A stretch of 64,000 bases of DNA from Octopus sinensis (taxonomy: Eukaryota), in contig NC_042998.1 in the NCBI RefSeq assembly GCF_006345805.1, positions 81,716,001 through 81,780,000 of the forward strand. Reading direction: 5' to 3'. Shown piece by piece: positions 39,778 to 52,126 of this stretch. Each line of letters opens with the position of its first letter. The first letter of the stretch is position 1. The position numbers and the translations under genes were made by a program. A model generated the notes under the pieces. The model made no database searches, was not told the origin of the DNA, and saw only the letters and a list, made by a program, of their open reading frames with translations.

Positions 39778-40640
39778 TGGACAATTTTACAGGGATGTTG
39801 AAGAAAAGACAGAGAAAAAATGGCTATAGATGACTAAAAGTAATTTAAAACCGGAAACGGAGGCTCTAATTTGTACTGCCCAAAAGCAAGCATCAAAAAC
39901 CAATCAAATACACAATAGACAACATTTCAGAACAAATCAAATAGAGAATAGATAATACATCAGAAAGTGATGATTGTAGAGTTGGTCGACAAAATGATGA
40001 AACCGTATGGAATATTACAGTCAATGTACAACACTAGTGCAGAAAGAATATAAGTCACGTCATGACAATATAGCAATGGTTTCCCATTGAACACTTTGAA
40101 ACAAGTATAGACTTGACAGAGCAAAAAAAAAAAAAAAAAAGGGGGACGAACATAAACCCGAAAGCATCATCGAAAATGATAATGCAAAGATCCTATGGAA
40201 TATTATGATTCAGCGCGACCAAGAGATAGAGAATAGGAAACCGGATATAGTGTTAATTGAGAAAGAAAGCAAATGATGCTGGATCATAGATATAGCATGC
40301 GCAGCTGACAAAGTATGCGATAAGGAAGACAGAAAAGTCGATATTTGGGCGGTTAAGCATTTGTGGTCAAGGAAAAAGGTGTTAGTAGTACCAATCATTG
40401 TCGGAGCCCTGGGAACGGTGAATAAAAATCTTGAGAAATAAATGAAACAAATAGGAGCTGCAATAAGGTTGGAGCACTTGCAGAAAACAGCACTGCTTGG
40501 AACTGCTCGAATACTCCGTATGGTGCTCGAAAAATAAGGAGTATTACATTAGTTCACTGGTAGTGAACAGTTGGCAACGTAGCACATCTCCAGCGCTAGA
40601 AGTTGTGAAAAGACAATAAATATTAACAATAATAATCATA
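39778..40640 (+). mobile_element. R4/Dong-like LINE 3' fragment (family C) in (AAT)n
   Basis: Decayed LKPETEAL.C.AQ, RHDN, KPDIVL, IIDIA, PIIVGALG, QKTALLGTARILR. Confidence 0.82.
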
Positions 40641-40754
40641 ATAATTCCTCGCTCTTTCTTCCTCTCTCTCTCTCTTTCTGCCTCTTCCTTTCTGGAAAGC
40701 ACAATCTTTAGTTGCTACTAGAACCATGCTGGACTTTTGTTTGTCTACAGCCAA

Positions 40755-40792
40755 GGCGCAGGAGTGGTTGTGTGGTAAGTAGCTTGCTAACC
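40755..40792 (+). mobile_element. SINE A 5' head fragment, left of the Tx1 insertion
   Basis: ggcgcaggagtggttgtgtggtaagtagcttgctaacc matches 16344-16380. Confidence 0.9.
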
Positions 40793-41104
40793 TCACTGAC
40801 AGAAGAGTGACTTTGCTTACCGTACTACGGTTTGGACGCGTTTTCTTCCCGGTAAGAGTTTTGCTGTGTTGTTAATTGTTGAATTCCTACTACTGAAGAT
40901 TTGCCTTTAAACGTTGCTGAACTGTCTTGTTCTCCGGTTTTACCGGGAAGTAATTGAATAATTTCTTACCGTTGACTATTTTTGTGCCCCTCCCCCGAAT
41001 GGGGGTGGGAATTGGAATTTTTTAACTGCTTTTTTGAACTACTTTGGAAGAAAAACTTTCTATAGGTTTCCCAGTTTTGTGGGAAACCAATACTCGTAAT
41101 TTTT

Positions 41105-42184
41105 GTGTTGTCTAATTTCAACAGAATAATGTCTGTTGAAATTATTCACGAAAGTAGTGCTCTTGAGGAGAGCAATGTTAAAAAAATTTCTGAGGTAGCC
41201 GCAGTGGCTACCGAGAAAATTGACATCGATGTCAACCACCTCGTCGAGCTATTTAAAAGAATGCAAGAGGAGGGTGGTGATGTTAAAATATCACCCTCCG
41301 CCAGTATCGTGGAGACCGAGAAGCGGACCGTAGTGTTTAAAACTTTCTGTCCACAAAGCAGAAGGTTCAAACACTTTGAAAAAAGCACCATCGAGAAATG
41401 CCTGTCCCCGATTTGGAAGGACATCGTGTACGTCGCCAGGGGACGGGCATATGGCACTGTGGATGTCCGCTTCTCGGGGGAAGAAATGGCCCGCGGGCAT
41501 TCTGTGAACCCCCAAAAAACCAAGGAGGTGGTACTTTTCCCAAGCTATAGGGGACGCAGGACGTCCCGGGTCAGGATTGTAGAAGCCCCGCCGGAAGTAG
41601 ATCCGGTAGAGGTAGTGGCCGCCCTGTTATATAAAAGGGCGGACAAAATAAAAATACTAGAAGTAACATGCTCTACCCCTCGATTTTGGCTCGGGCGTAA
41701 CATTAATATATTAATTCAAGGAACAGCGGAGGACCTGCAGCTCCTTCCTGAGAGGGTGCTCGTGGGCGAGAACGTAGCCCTCAGGGTACAGGTCGAAGGC
41801 CGAAAACCCACCTGTTACGCCTGCGGCAAAAAGGGCCACATTCGTGTAGACTGTCCAGACAAGCAAAAGAAACCGCAGACACCAGGCCCCTCAGATAATA
41901 AAAAAGTCCCTACCCTTGCAAACACACCTACCCCTACAAAAACAAAAAATCCCACTCCTGCTGTTACGGTGCCAACCCCAAAACAGACTGAAGAAAAAAC
42001 CCAGCCCTCGCACTCACAAACCCCTACACTATTAAAACCTCCCACCCCCCTAAAAACTGCGGCGCCTACCGAACAAACTATTGCTACCCCAGACGATACC
42101 ATGGAGGTATCAGAGGGGGGATTTACACCAGTTTGTAAAAGAATTCGTGCAGCATCCCCGTCCACATCCCCCTACAAAAAATAA
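41105..42184 (+). CDS. LINE ORF1 protein with CCHC zinc knuckle and Pro/Thr-rich tail (first ATG 41129; probably extends to 42532)
   Basis: CYACGKKGHIRVDC; the same frame reopens after stops near 42182-42196 and runs to 42532. Confidence 0.88.
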   Translation: MLSNFNRIMSVEIIHESSALEESNVKKISEVAAVATEKIDIDVNHLVELFKRMQEEGGDVKISPSASIVETEKRTVVFKTFCPQSRRFKHFEKSTIEKCLSPIWKDIVYVARGRAYGTVDVRFSGEEMARGHSVNPQKTKEVVLFPSYRGRRTSRVRIVEAPPEVDPVEVVAALLYKRADKIKILEVTCSTPRFWLGRNINILIQGTAEDLQLLPERVLVGENVALRVQVEGRKPTCYACGKKGHIRVDCPDKQKKPQTPGPSDNKKVPTLANTPTPTKTKNPTPAVTVPTPKQTEEKTQPSHSQTPTLLKPPTPLKTAAPTEQTIATPDDTMEVSEGGFTPVCKRIRAASPSTSPYKK

Positions 42185-42549
42185 TAAAAACAATGACACA
42201 CCACAGACACGGAAAAAAAATCCCGCTCAACTGGCCCAGAAAAAGAAGACAAAAAAGAAAATGAACTCATATTAATTGAATTCGACACACAAGACAAATA
42301 CATAAACGATATTGTGGTTCAGCATCAGTCAGCAAGACTGTACAACAAATACAGAGATCGAAATAGACTCGCGTGGATTGCGGAAACAACGTTAAAACAA
42401 TTAAAAGACAGACACCCAAACGCCATCCGGCATATCGCGAACTTGCCGGACTATCTGAAGAAAGAGGAGAAAGAAGGGGCCCACAAACGTGTAGTGAGGT
42501 CGGCCCCCACCTCTCCAACGAAATGTAAGTAGAACTTTTACTTTTTGTA

Positions 42550-45500
42550 ATGGCTTCGCTTAACCTTGTTTGTTTAAATGTGCGTGGTCTGAGTTCGAAG
42601 TGGAAGCAGGCTTGTTTCCTCGACGACCTCAGATCACATGATATACATGTGATGGTTGCTACAGAGACCAAGCTGGACAGCCTACAAACCTTCTCGCCTC
42701 TCCTGAATGGCTACGAGAAAATCATGTCTCCTGGCCAGACCGGAGGGCGAGGGGGCGTAGTGGTACTGATCCGTAAAGACTTGGCTCTACAGACAAGTAC
42801 AGTCTATGTAGACCCAGAAGGTGGGCTGGTCGTCCTTGATGTGACATATAGCAGTAAGGCCTTCAGGTTGATCGGACTCTATGCACCTTGTGCTAGAGGT
42901 TTCCAAACTGATTTTATCGGCGCCTAGAGGGCTTTCTCGTGACCTTCGAAGACTTTAGTGATATTAGGGGACTTTAATGCTATCGTTGACGTACACATCG
43001 ATAGCGTTGGCTCGATCTATAGGAAAGTGAACTCACGTCTCGTGGATCTGCTTAAGCGGTTTCAGCTAGCAGATCGTTACAGACTTGACCATCCGAACGT
43101 CCCAGAGTGGACCTGGATGAGTGGCGACGGAAGGTTCAAGTCTTATCTAGACAGGATAGTGATAAGAACTAGAGATAAGTCTAGTTTTAGTTGTCCACAG
43201 CTCGTCCAGGTGCCCTATACTGACCATAGAATGGTCACGTGTAGACTGGACATAGATAGCACACTTAAGATAGGAACCGGCTACTGGAAGCTGAACAAGT
43301 CTATTTTGACACGCGAGGCATACCGTAGCCGGATTAAGGTGTTAGTGCAGAGGGCGTTAACCGGAGCCGTGGTTAATAACCGGTGGTGGTTCAGCCTCAA
43401 AAGAGCCATTCGATTCGAGTCCATTAGATTTAGTAAACAACTAAGACTAGATAGGGCTAGAATAGAAGGGCAACTAGTTAAGAACTTAGAGGAGGCGTTG
43501 AGGTTGGGCTCTGCATCTCACATTTTAGCGGCGAGAACGGCATTAGACCGTCACCTCAAAACCAAACATGAGGGATGTAGAGTCCGGGCTAAAGTACGAG
43601 CATTGGGCCGTGAGGGAATTCATGTTGCCGGATGGGCCCGCACGATAGAAACACAGCGTGGAAACGATGCCACAATTGGGTCTCTTGTTGATGAAAACGG
43701 ATGCACGATCAAGAAGCGGGACGAGATGTGTGAGGCACTTCACAAGCACTTCGCCGAGTTGTTCGGGAGGTGCGGGACGCTGGATCATGGTGAGGCCCTT
43801 AGGGACTTCCTGTCTGGTGGCCCGCGCCTCTCGACACGAGAGGCTGAGTGCTGTGAAGGGCCAATCACAGCCGAGGAAGTAATCGAGGTGTTGGGCAAGT
43901 GCCCCGGGGAGACGTCGCCGGGTCTCGATGGTCTGCCCTATGAATTTTATAGAAGTATGCCAGACTTGTTCGGGCACCTGCTGGCTAGCGTCTACGCCAA
44001 CTGGCAGCAGAATGGGAGAATTCCCAAGTCTGCGAGCCGGGGGGCGGTGACGTTGATCAGGAAGGACCCGAACAAAGGGGACGAGATAGGGAACTTCAGG
44101 CCCATAACTCTGTTAAACACAGAGTTAAAGATTCTGGCCAAGGTGCTAGCAAAAAGGTTGGCGCGGGTCCTGGACAAACTTGTCGGGGAAGCGCAAACGT
44201 GCGCTATCCCCGGCAGAACGATCCACGACAATCTCCACCTTATACGCTACTCCTTAGAGAGAGTGGGGAAGCTTTCTGGCGCAGGGGGAGCACTGGTACA
44301 TTTAGACCAGTCCAAAGCATTTGATAGGGTCGACCATCGGTACCTGGCGGCGGTCCTCGGAGAGGCTGGCCTAGGCCCGACCTTTCGAGGTTGGATCGCT
44401 GCTTTGTATAGCGACATCGAGTCTGTAGTCAAGGTGAACGGTTCCTTTTCGAAGCCGTTCAGGATCGAGCGTTCAGTTCGTCAAGGGTGTCCCCTGTCCT
44501 CGCTCCTATACGTATTGGCTCTTGAGCCTTTGCTGCGGAAGTTGGAGGCACTAGGGGGCGCGCCGCATGATCTATGGTGTGGAAGAGGAGCTACGGCATA
44601 TGCGGATGACACCTCCATCATCGTGGCAGACGAAGGCCAGCTTCCAGTGGTGGAAGAGGCCATCAAAAGCTACGAGGCGGTGGCAGGAGCAAAGGTTAAC
44701 AAGGACAAGTCGGTCGGTTTGCAACTCGGCACCTGGAGGGGCAAGCCGATGCCGTCCAATAACGTCGTAGGGCGTTGGACGGAAGGTCATGTTAAGCTGC
44801 TCGGAGTCTGGTTCGGGCCAGACCTCCAGATTGAGAAAAATTGGAGTGAGGTGGCCAACAATGTGACCGCTCTAACCCAGACCTGGTCTGGGCGGGCGTT
44901 ATCCCTGCTAGGGAAGGCGGAGGTGGTGCAGATGTTTATAGCATCAGTAATCACCTACCGTCTGACCGTGGTGCCTTGCCCCGATTTGTGGCTGAACAAG
45001 TTGGAGAGAATCCTTTTCCGATTTTTGTGGAAAGGAGGAAAGCCACTTGTAAAGCGCTCTGTCTGCTGCCAGAAACCGCTAAAGGGTGGGCTAGGGATGC
45101 CTTGGCTGAGGATGCGAAAACTCGCGTTAAGGTTGAGGCACCTCTGGCTTTACCTGGATGGAGAGCAGGTGTGGTCGCCGCACGTCCGGTTCTACCTTCC
45201 CCAGTTAACATCCCTAACGGACATCGGTGCATGGATCAAGCGGAGACCTAAACTGAATGAATGGCATTTGGAGTGCCGTCAGGCGCTCCAGCTACTATCT
45301 CGGGTGGGCAACGCCGGCAACAGGAGTTCCACCACGGATTTCTATAGCGGGTTAGTGGAGATTAAGTCCGAAGACGCCTTGGGGGAGACCCTGGGCTACG
45401 ATGAAAATCAGTTGGTCAACCTGTTCCGGAGGACGTTCGGGCCGGGGTATCTGGATAATTACCAGAAATCCCTAGCCTGGCAGTGTTTCCGTGCGGCTTT

Positions 45501-45951
45501 ACCTGTTCGCGACAAGCTGTCAAGGCACGGTAGTGCCGTCTCGCCGACATGCCCGCGATGTGAGCAGGATAGGGAGACCGTCTTGCACGCATTCGTGGAG
45601 TGTCCGGAGTTATCGGGACTGATAGCTTTTGTTGAACAACTGTTGTCAGTGATGGGAAGAGTACAGCTATCAGCTGAGTCTATCATCGAGATTGTGCCGC
45701 CCCCTTTCCTTAACAGGGAAAGAAAGGCTTGTTTTTTCTGTGTAGTAGCCATACTGAAAGAAACAGTATGGAAGACGCGTACGAAAGGTATAGTGACAGG
45801 CACCTTTGTCTCCGGCCAGGGGTTGATTAACTATTTTAGTTACCACCTCAGTAGCAAAATCAGGCTGGAGAAGAGGTGTCTGTCACGAGATATGTTTGTG
45901 AAAAGATGGAAGCCTGTGGCATACAAGATGGGTATGTTTGGCACCAGGTAA
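42550..45951 (+). CDS. LINE ORF2: APE endonuclease, reverse transcriptase and C-terminal Cys/His motif (one in-frame stop at 42925-42927 between two apparent compensating indels)
   Basis: CLNVRGL, ATETK, LGDFN, LDRI, TDH; FRPITLLN, LDQSKAFD, VRQGCPLS, AYADD; CPRC...ETVLHAFVEC. ORFs 42550 and 42958 are in the same frame. Confidence 0.95.
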
Positions 45952-46179
45952 GTGTGACCGGATCAGAAAGTAAAGGTTCTACCCGGATGGCTGGGTGTCC
46001 GTCCTTCGACATGATCATTAATATTTTTAAACATTGCCTTCGTAAAATTCATTGTTTATAATCTTATCCGTAATTTCATTCGAAAATCGTAACTGTGTTA
46101 AGCTACTTCACCCTTTATATTTGTCTGTCCTTGTTTGTCCGCTCTTTGTAAATGCCTAAATGGCAAATAATATGAAATA

Positions 46180-46322
46180 AAGTAGCTTGCTAACCAACCA
46201 CATGGTTCCGAGTTCAGTCCCACTGCATGGCATCTTGGGCAAGTGTCTTCTGCTATAGCCCCGGGCCGACCAATGCCTTGTGAGTGGATTTGCTAGACGG
46301 AAACTAAAAGAAGCCTGTCGTA

Positions 46323-46376
<54 letters not shown>

Positions 46377-46590
46377 ATTATGTGTTTGTGTGTCTGTGCT
46401 TGTCCCCCTAGTATTGCTTGACAACCGATGCTGGTGTGTCCCCGTCACTTAGCGGTTCGACAAAAGAGACCGATAGAATAAGTACTGGGCTTACAAAGAG
46501 TAAGTCCTGGGATCGATTTGCTCGACTAAAAGGCGGTGCTCCAGCATGGCCGCAGTCAAATGACTGAAACAAGTAAAAGAGTAAAGAGAA
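46180..46590 (+). mobile_element. SINE A remainder, right of the Tx1 insertion
   Basis: Continues aaccacatggttccgagttcagtcccactgc..., colinear with 16381-16835. Confidence 0.92.
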
Positions 46591-47029
46591 AGAAAGAGTC
46601 CAAGTTAAAACTCCGTAAGCTATGATCCTAATATAATACCAAGATATATCTATATCTAAAATATATATGACATGTCTCTGCAACTTTTAATTTATTTAAT
46701 GCTTTGTTGTATCTTAAATGTAGAATTGAACTTAATTATCTCGTCCTCAAATTTAATTAATTTCTCGAAAGTAACTTTAATCCCGCTGGGTAAATTCTCA
46801 TTCTCCCATCCCCCTCCTCCTCCTCCTTCCGTCCTCCTCCTCCTATCTCTCTCTCTCTCCCTCTTTGCTTCACTTCCGTGTTTACAACCACTCCGAAGCA
46901 GTCGTCCTATTCTCACTGTCCATCTGAATGGGTTATACTCCATCCCCTCTCTAGTTGATCTTCGTTTCCTTTTCCTTTTATCTATTTTTTTATCTCCCTC
47001 TCTTTCTCTCTTCATTTTTTTCTGACAAT

Positions 47030-49055
47030 GCTGTGGTTGTGAGGGTAGTTGATCGCCTATCACTAATAAAATGACCAGTTGCCTGCACAAGACCTGACAG
47101 TCAAGCCTGACTCCTTCGCCAAACCAACAGAAGTGTGAGAAAAGGCGATTATATGATGCCTTCAAGTAACCAGTGCTGCGAGTAGGCTGTACTCGTTAGC
47201 CTTGGATGGCAAGAACACTCGGAGATGGAATACTCTGAATTCAAAACCAGGTGAGCAAGGCCCCTGCAGCGTTGGTGGACTACTCTGATAGAGATGATGT
47301 CTCGATAAAAATACCGGTTGGTCGTAACCAAAAACCACACCTCGTTTGTGAGTGAAAATGCCAAGTAAAAAAATTGACGATAACGATGTGAACGGGACTG
47401 GAAGCACTGGTGATCGTGCCTACCGGCAGGTGTCCCACTGTATAGCAAGGTGGACCCGGTCGTAATCCAGCAACTGCTCGCCATGCTACATGATATAAGT
47501 GGAGTAAACAAGTAAACATGACGGCTATAGAGAGTTACTACCGGAGCACCCCAGTGGATGCGATGGTGTGTTCGTCAGAGGGTACAGAAAACGAATGTAT
47601 AGTGCAGGGAAGGCAATGAATCTGTTTGAAAATGCTAAACAGGGATTATGTGACCAAGCAAGAGGAATACGAACGAATGAATGGCAAACACAACTGGAAC
47701 TAGAATCTATTAAAAGAAAGATATTGGGTAATGCTTAGCATGCAAGAAACAAAAGTGGCATCGTAGAAGCGATGGACAGTTGTTCGCAAGTGTATACCAG
47801 CGTGAACTGTGAAAGAATTGAGATCAGTGACTGCTCAAACAATACCGATAGATTAATAACAGATAAAATTTTCGATCTATTAAACACAGAAGGGACAGCG
47901 TTTATGTGCGACTTTAAGAAGACTAACCAACGGAGACTAAATCAAGAGACAAGTAAAGTCAATAATGTATTGAGACACATTGAAACAAAGAACATCACAC
48001 AAACAAATAATCTTATGAAGGCTGCTAGTAGAACTCACGAAAGGATGGGAATGAGAACAACTGATAACAGAACTATGACGGATAGAAGAGGAAATAAACA
48101 ACCTTGGTGGAAAAGGAGAATTTCTGAAGATATAAACTCCTTGTCAGGAAAAGAAATGGAGAACTTAAGAATGAATGGAAATTTGAAAAAAGTTAAGAAG
48201 AAGTATGGTATAGATACAAAAAAGCCTGAATGTTGTAGTTGAAAGACAGGAGCAGCGAATACATGCAAAGCAAGCAAAGCTAACTAGCTTTGAGCAACAG
48301 ATTAAACAATACCAGCAAAACAAATTGGTAAGAACCGACCAAAAAAGATTTTATCAAGAGATTAATGATGATAAAAATCGTGGAAAATCAATTCCTTGTG
48401 CTGATGAAAGTCGACTTTTCTGGGGTAAGATATGGAATAAGGAAGAAGAACATAATACTACAGCTGAATGGCTCTGCAGCCTGAAGCAAACAGCTTCTTA
48501 TCTTCAGCAAGAGGCTATTCACTTCACAGAAGACTGTATCAGAAATATGAGTAATAAGATAAGCAATTGGAAAGCAGCAGGACCTGATGGTATACAGAGT
48601 TTTTGGATAAAGAAGTTCAGTAGTCTCCATAAATTGATCGCAGAACAATTTAATGTATTGATTAATGGCGAAGGGGAAATCCAGGGCTAGTTGACAAAAG
48701 GACGAACGGTATTGTGTCTGAAGGATGCATCAAAGGGAAATGCTGCTGATAGTTACAGACCAATTTCCTGCCTCCCATTAATATAGAGGCTACTATCAGG
48801 AGGAATTGTAGAAGAAGTGTACAAACTTATTGATGAAAACGATAGATTACCGAACAAAAAGGCAGTAGGAGGGGCTGCAGAGATACCAAAGATCAATTAT
48901 TGATAAACGAAATGGTAATGCAAGATTGTAAATGAAAGAGAACGAAGTGCTGGATTGACTATCACAAACCTTATGATAGGATTCCAAATTCGTAGATCAT
49001 CGAGTGCTTAGATCAGTTTGGAAATGCGAGGAATGTAACAACTTCCTATAAAAGC
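47030..49055 (+). mobile_element. Decayed R4/Dong-like LINE, 5' half through start of RT
   Basis: QPWWKRRI, DQKRFYQEI, NWKAAGPDGIQSFWIKKF, YRPISCL. Confidence 0.82.
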
Positions 49056-49134
49056 ATGTAGTAATTTTACCTTGTCCTTATTCTTAGTGCAAGTTTTGAA
49101 GAGTGCAGTTCGATTTTAACAGACTTTTTTCAAA

Positions 49135-49957
49135 GCTGCAAAACCTGGTGGAACAAAATCCCATCGTAACTGTTTAAGAATTAGCAGAGAAACTTGGATT
49201 TGGTCATTCAACCATTTATCAACGCCTCCGTGCCATCGGAAAAGTCAGCAAATTGGGTTAATGATTTCCTCACAAACTTTTCGAGTCAAATCGCGCGCAG
49301 CGGGTGAAAGTTTGCTCTTTTTGCTGTCATGTCTGAGGAATGAACATTTTTGTTTTGGACCAAAAAGTGAGTGGTGACGAGAAATAGGTTCTCTATAAAA
49401 CTGTCAAGCGCCGAAGACAGTGGATAGGAAAAGGAGAAACATCGGCACACCCACGTAATGTGTTGTTATCAGTTTGGTGACATTTATCAACTGTGAACTT
49501 TTAAACCAAAACCAAACGATAACAAAGGATAACTACTATAAGCAGCTCGAGTGGCTTAAGCCAGCGCTAAAAACAAAATGACCATCTTTGGTTTCAAGAC
49601 GAGTGGTGTTTTTCCATCAAGATAATGCTCGGCCACATACAGCGAGGATGACATTCCAAAGGCTGGACTAGTTTGAATGGGAAACGATGTCCCACCCACC
49701 ATATTCGCCGAATATTGCTCCACTTGATCATCATTTATTCCGCAGTCTTCAAAATCATTTAAACGGAAAAAATATGAATTTTGTAGACGAGGTTAGAACA
49801 GTACTAGAGTGAATTTTGGAAGAGGATCCCTGCACGTCTACCGGATAGATGGAAGAATATTGTAGAAAATGGAAGTGGTGTATATTTTAGATGAAAAAAG
49901 AACTTTTGAAAAATAAAAGAACTATAAAAAACCGAATTATTTATGGGATGAGCAATA
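49135..49957 (+). mobile_element. Mariner relic, same family as 6852-7725
   Basis: GDEK, FHQDNARPH and HPPYSPNIAP motifs; right TIR aaaaaccgaattatttatgggatgagcaata. Confidence 0.85.
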
Positions 49958-50221
49958 TTTTCAAATTTTGGCTCCAGCTCAGTAAGTTTGAAAGGTGTAA
50001 AGCAGTTGATTACATCGCTCCCAGCTCTAAACTGATACTTTATTTTATTGACTTCAAAAGAGGGACGAAATGCCGTTAAGCAATTCGCCTGGCGCCGTAA
50101 CGATTCTGTCAGGTCACTGCCTTTTCTATGTTATACATATATTACACATATACGTATATAGAGTAGTTTTGTGGTATATGTATATCTTGCATTACCACAT
50201 CAATATTACAATCATATGACA

Positions 50222-50455
50222 GAGGGCGAGCTGGCAGAATCGTTATCACGCCGCACAGAATCGATATCGCGCCGCACAGAATAATTAACAGCATTTCGTC
50301 CGTCTTTATGTTGTGATTTTAAAATCCACCGAGGTTGATTCGCCTTTCATCTTTTGGGGGTCGAGAAAATAAGTACCTGTTGAGTACTGGGTCGATGTTA
50401 TCGACTTACTCACTCCTCCGAAATTGCTGGCCTTGTGGCAAAAATTAAAATTAGT
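50222..50455 (+). mobile_element. SINE family B, diverged
   Basis: ggcgagctggcagaatcgtta...gcctttcatcttttgggggtcgag. Confidence 0.78.
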
Positions 50456-50999
50456 ATTATCATATAAAATGTACTATGAGGTGTTCTCATTCTTACTAAA
50501 CTGCTACTCTCTTCAATGGAATCAACATGAGTGCAGCTATACGTTTGATCGGTTGTTGGAAATAGCAGCGAAATCTCCCTCAAATTACATCTACCATCTT
50601 AGAAGAAGTGTACACTTCTTACATAATGTTGTTGCATCGCTGTACGCAGGAAGCAGATGGAATGGACATGCAGGAAGAATGTCTTAGATGATATATCCAG
50701 GCAATCAGGGCTGAAGTGGAACTCGTCAATAACACGGAAAAGATATCAACATGAACATCAACATCTTCGTGGTCCTGATCGTCGTCATGATGATGATGAT
50801 ATAAATCGTTATCAACATGACCACTGTGTGTATGACAGTAATGTGTACTAAAAGTATAAATACGATGTTCGTCACTGTATATAATGCTCCTCCATACATA
50901 CAGGGTATTTAGTGCAGAATCAGACCTTATCTTCCCCAGCTGAATCACAAAACACGCAGCCTAAGGTCGATGCTCTGCGTTATGCAATCAAAGAAGTGT

Positions 51000-51305
51000 G
51001 AAGGCGCGTGGCTAAGTGGTTAGAAGTATTCGGCTCAAGATATTGAGTTCGATTGCTGGTGGAACGTTGTACTTTTGAGCAAGACACTTTATTTAACATT
51101 GCCCCAGTTCACTTAGCTGACAAAAATGAGTTTTACATGTAATTCAAAGGCCCGACCTTGTCACGTTCTATATCCCGCCGAATCTCCTGGAGAACAACGA
51201 TAAAGGTACTCGGATTAGTGGAGTGCTCAGCTGCTTGCACGTTTATTTCATGGGCAGGTGTTCCATTGAACCCAAGGAAGTCGCAATCGACAGTGTGCCT
51301 GTTTT
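51000..51305 (+). mobile_element. SINE family C (tRNA-like head), diverged; related copies at ~56460-56755 (-) and 60230-60490 (+)
   Basis: aaggcgcgtggctaagtggttag...gagttcgatt...ttgagcaagacactttattt. Confidence 0.7.
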
Positions 51306-51595
51306 ATTAGAGCAGTCTCCTAGAGCATTAAAATCCAGAGCGCCCGAAAAATAAAGAGAAATGTCTAACAAGTATTATTTTTTACCTTCTCAACGAAGAA
51401 TTACTGTGAATAGTATTTTTACATTTTGTTTTATTTGTTTCACTCATTGGATTGCAAAGAACCCGTATCACCACCAAGCAGCAAGTTAAAGGATGTTTTT
51501 CAAATGTAGTAAGAGAGAACCAAAGAAATAAAAAAAAGCTTCAACCACTTGCGTACATACATAGGTAGCACATGTGTGTGTGTGTACACAAACAG

Positions 51596-51628
<33 letters not shown>

Positions 51629-51653
51629 CATATATATACATACATACATATAC

Positions 51654-51739
<86 letters not shown>

Positions 51740-51888
51740 CATATACGATATGGACGTTTTGTTTTGGTGTCTCGCAATGGCATATACGTCTATGAGAAGT
51801 TGCTTTCCCAATGAAACTCGGTTTTTTTCCAAAACTTTTTCTCAAACGTGCTATAATGAGATACATGTCCTTAGTGTGGTAATTGTAC

Positions 51889-51975
51889 GCGGCTGAAGAA
51901 GGCTTTTAACCTACCTGTTATATCAATTATGCATTGATATAAGTTGTTCAATAAAGCCCGAAACATATGTACCGC
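51889..51975 (+). ncRNA. Type I hammerhead ribozyme motif
   Basis: Stem I gcgg/ccgc; CTGAAGA 51893-51899; long stem II (ggcttt...aaagcc, inner ttatatcaat/attgatataa); GAAA 51960-51963; palindromic stem III acatatgt; GUA cleavage triplet. Confidence 0.8.
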
Positions 51976-52093
51976 AGAATCCTTTGCGTCCTGTTTTTCT
52001 TTTGATATATATATATATATATATATCACTTTATACCATATATCATACATCATACTCGCTTGCCTCTCACTAAATCATAATTTCAATATATAT

Positions 52094-52126
<33 letters not shown>

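Larger units (their letters stand above)
40793..46179 (+). mobile_element. Full-length Tx1/L1-clade non-LTR retrotransposon (~5.4 kb)
   Basis: 5' UTR, ORF1, ORF2 and 3' UTR present; exact TSD aagtagcttgctaacc at 40777-40792 and 46180-46195. Confidence 0.95.

Noticed and set aside
41146-45803. Antisense and alternate-frame ORFs inside the Tx1 element
   Set aside because: Expected shadows of a GC-richer coding region; no motifs.
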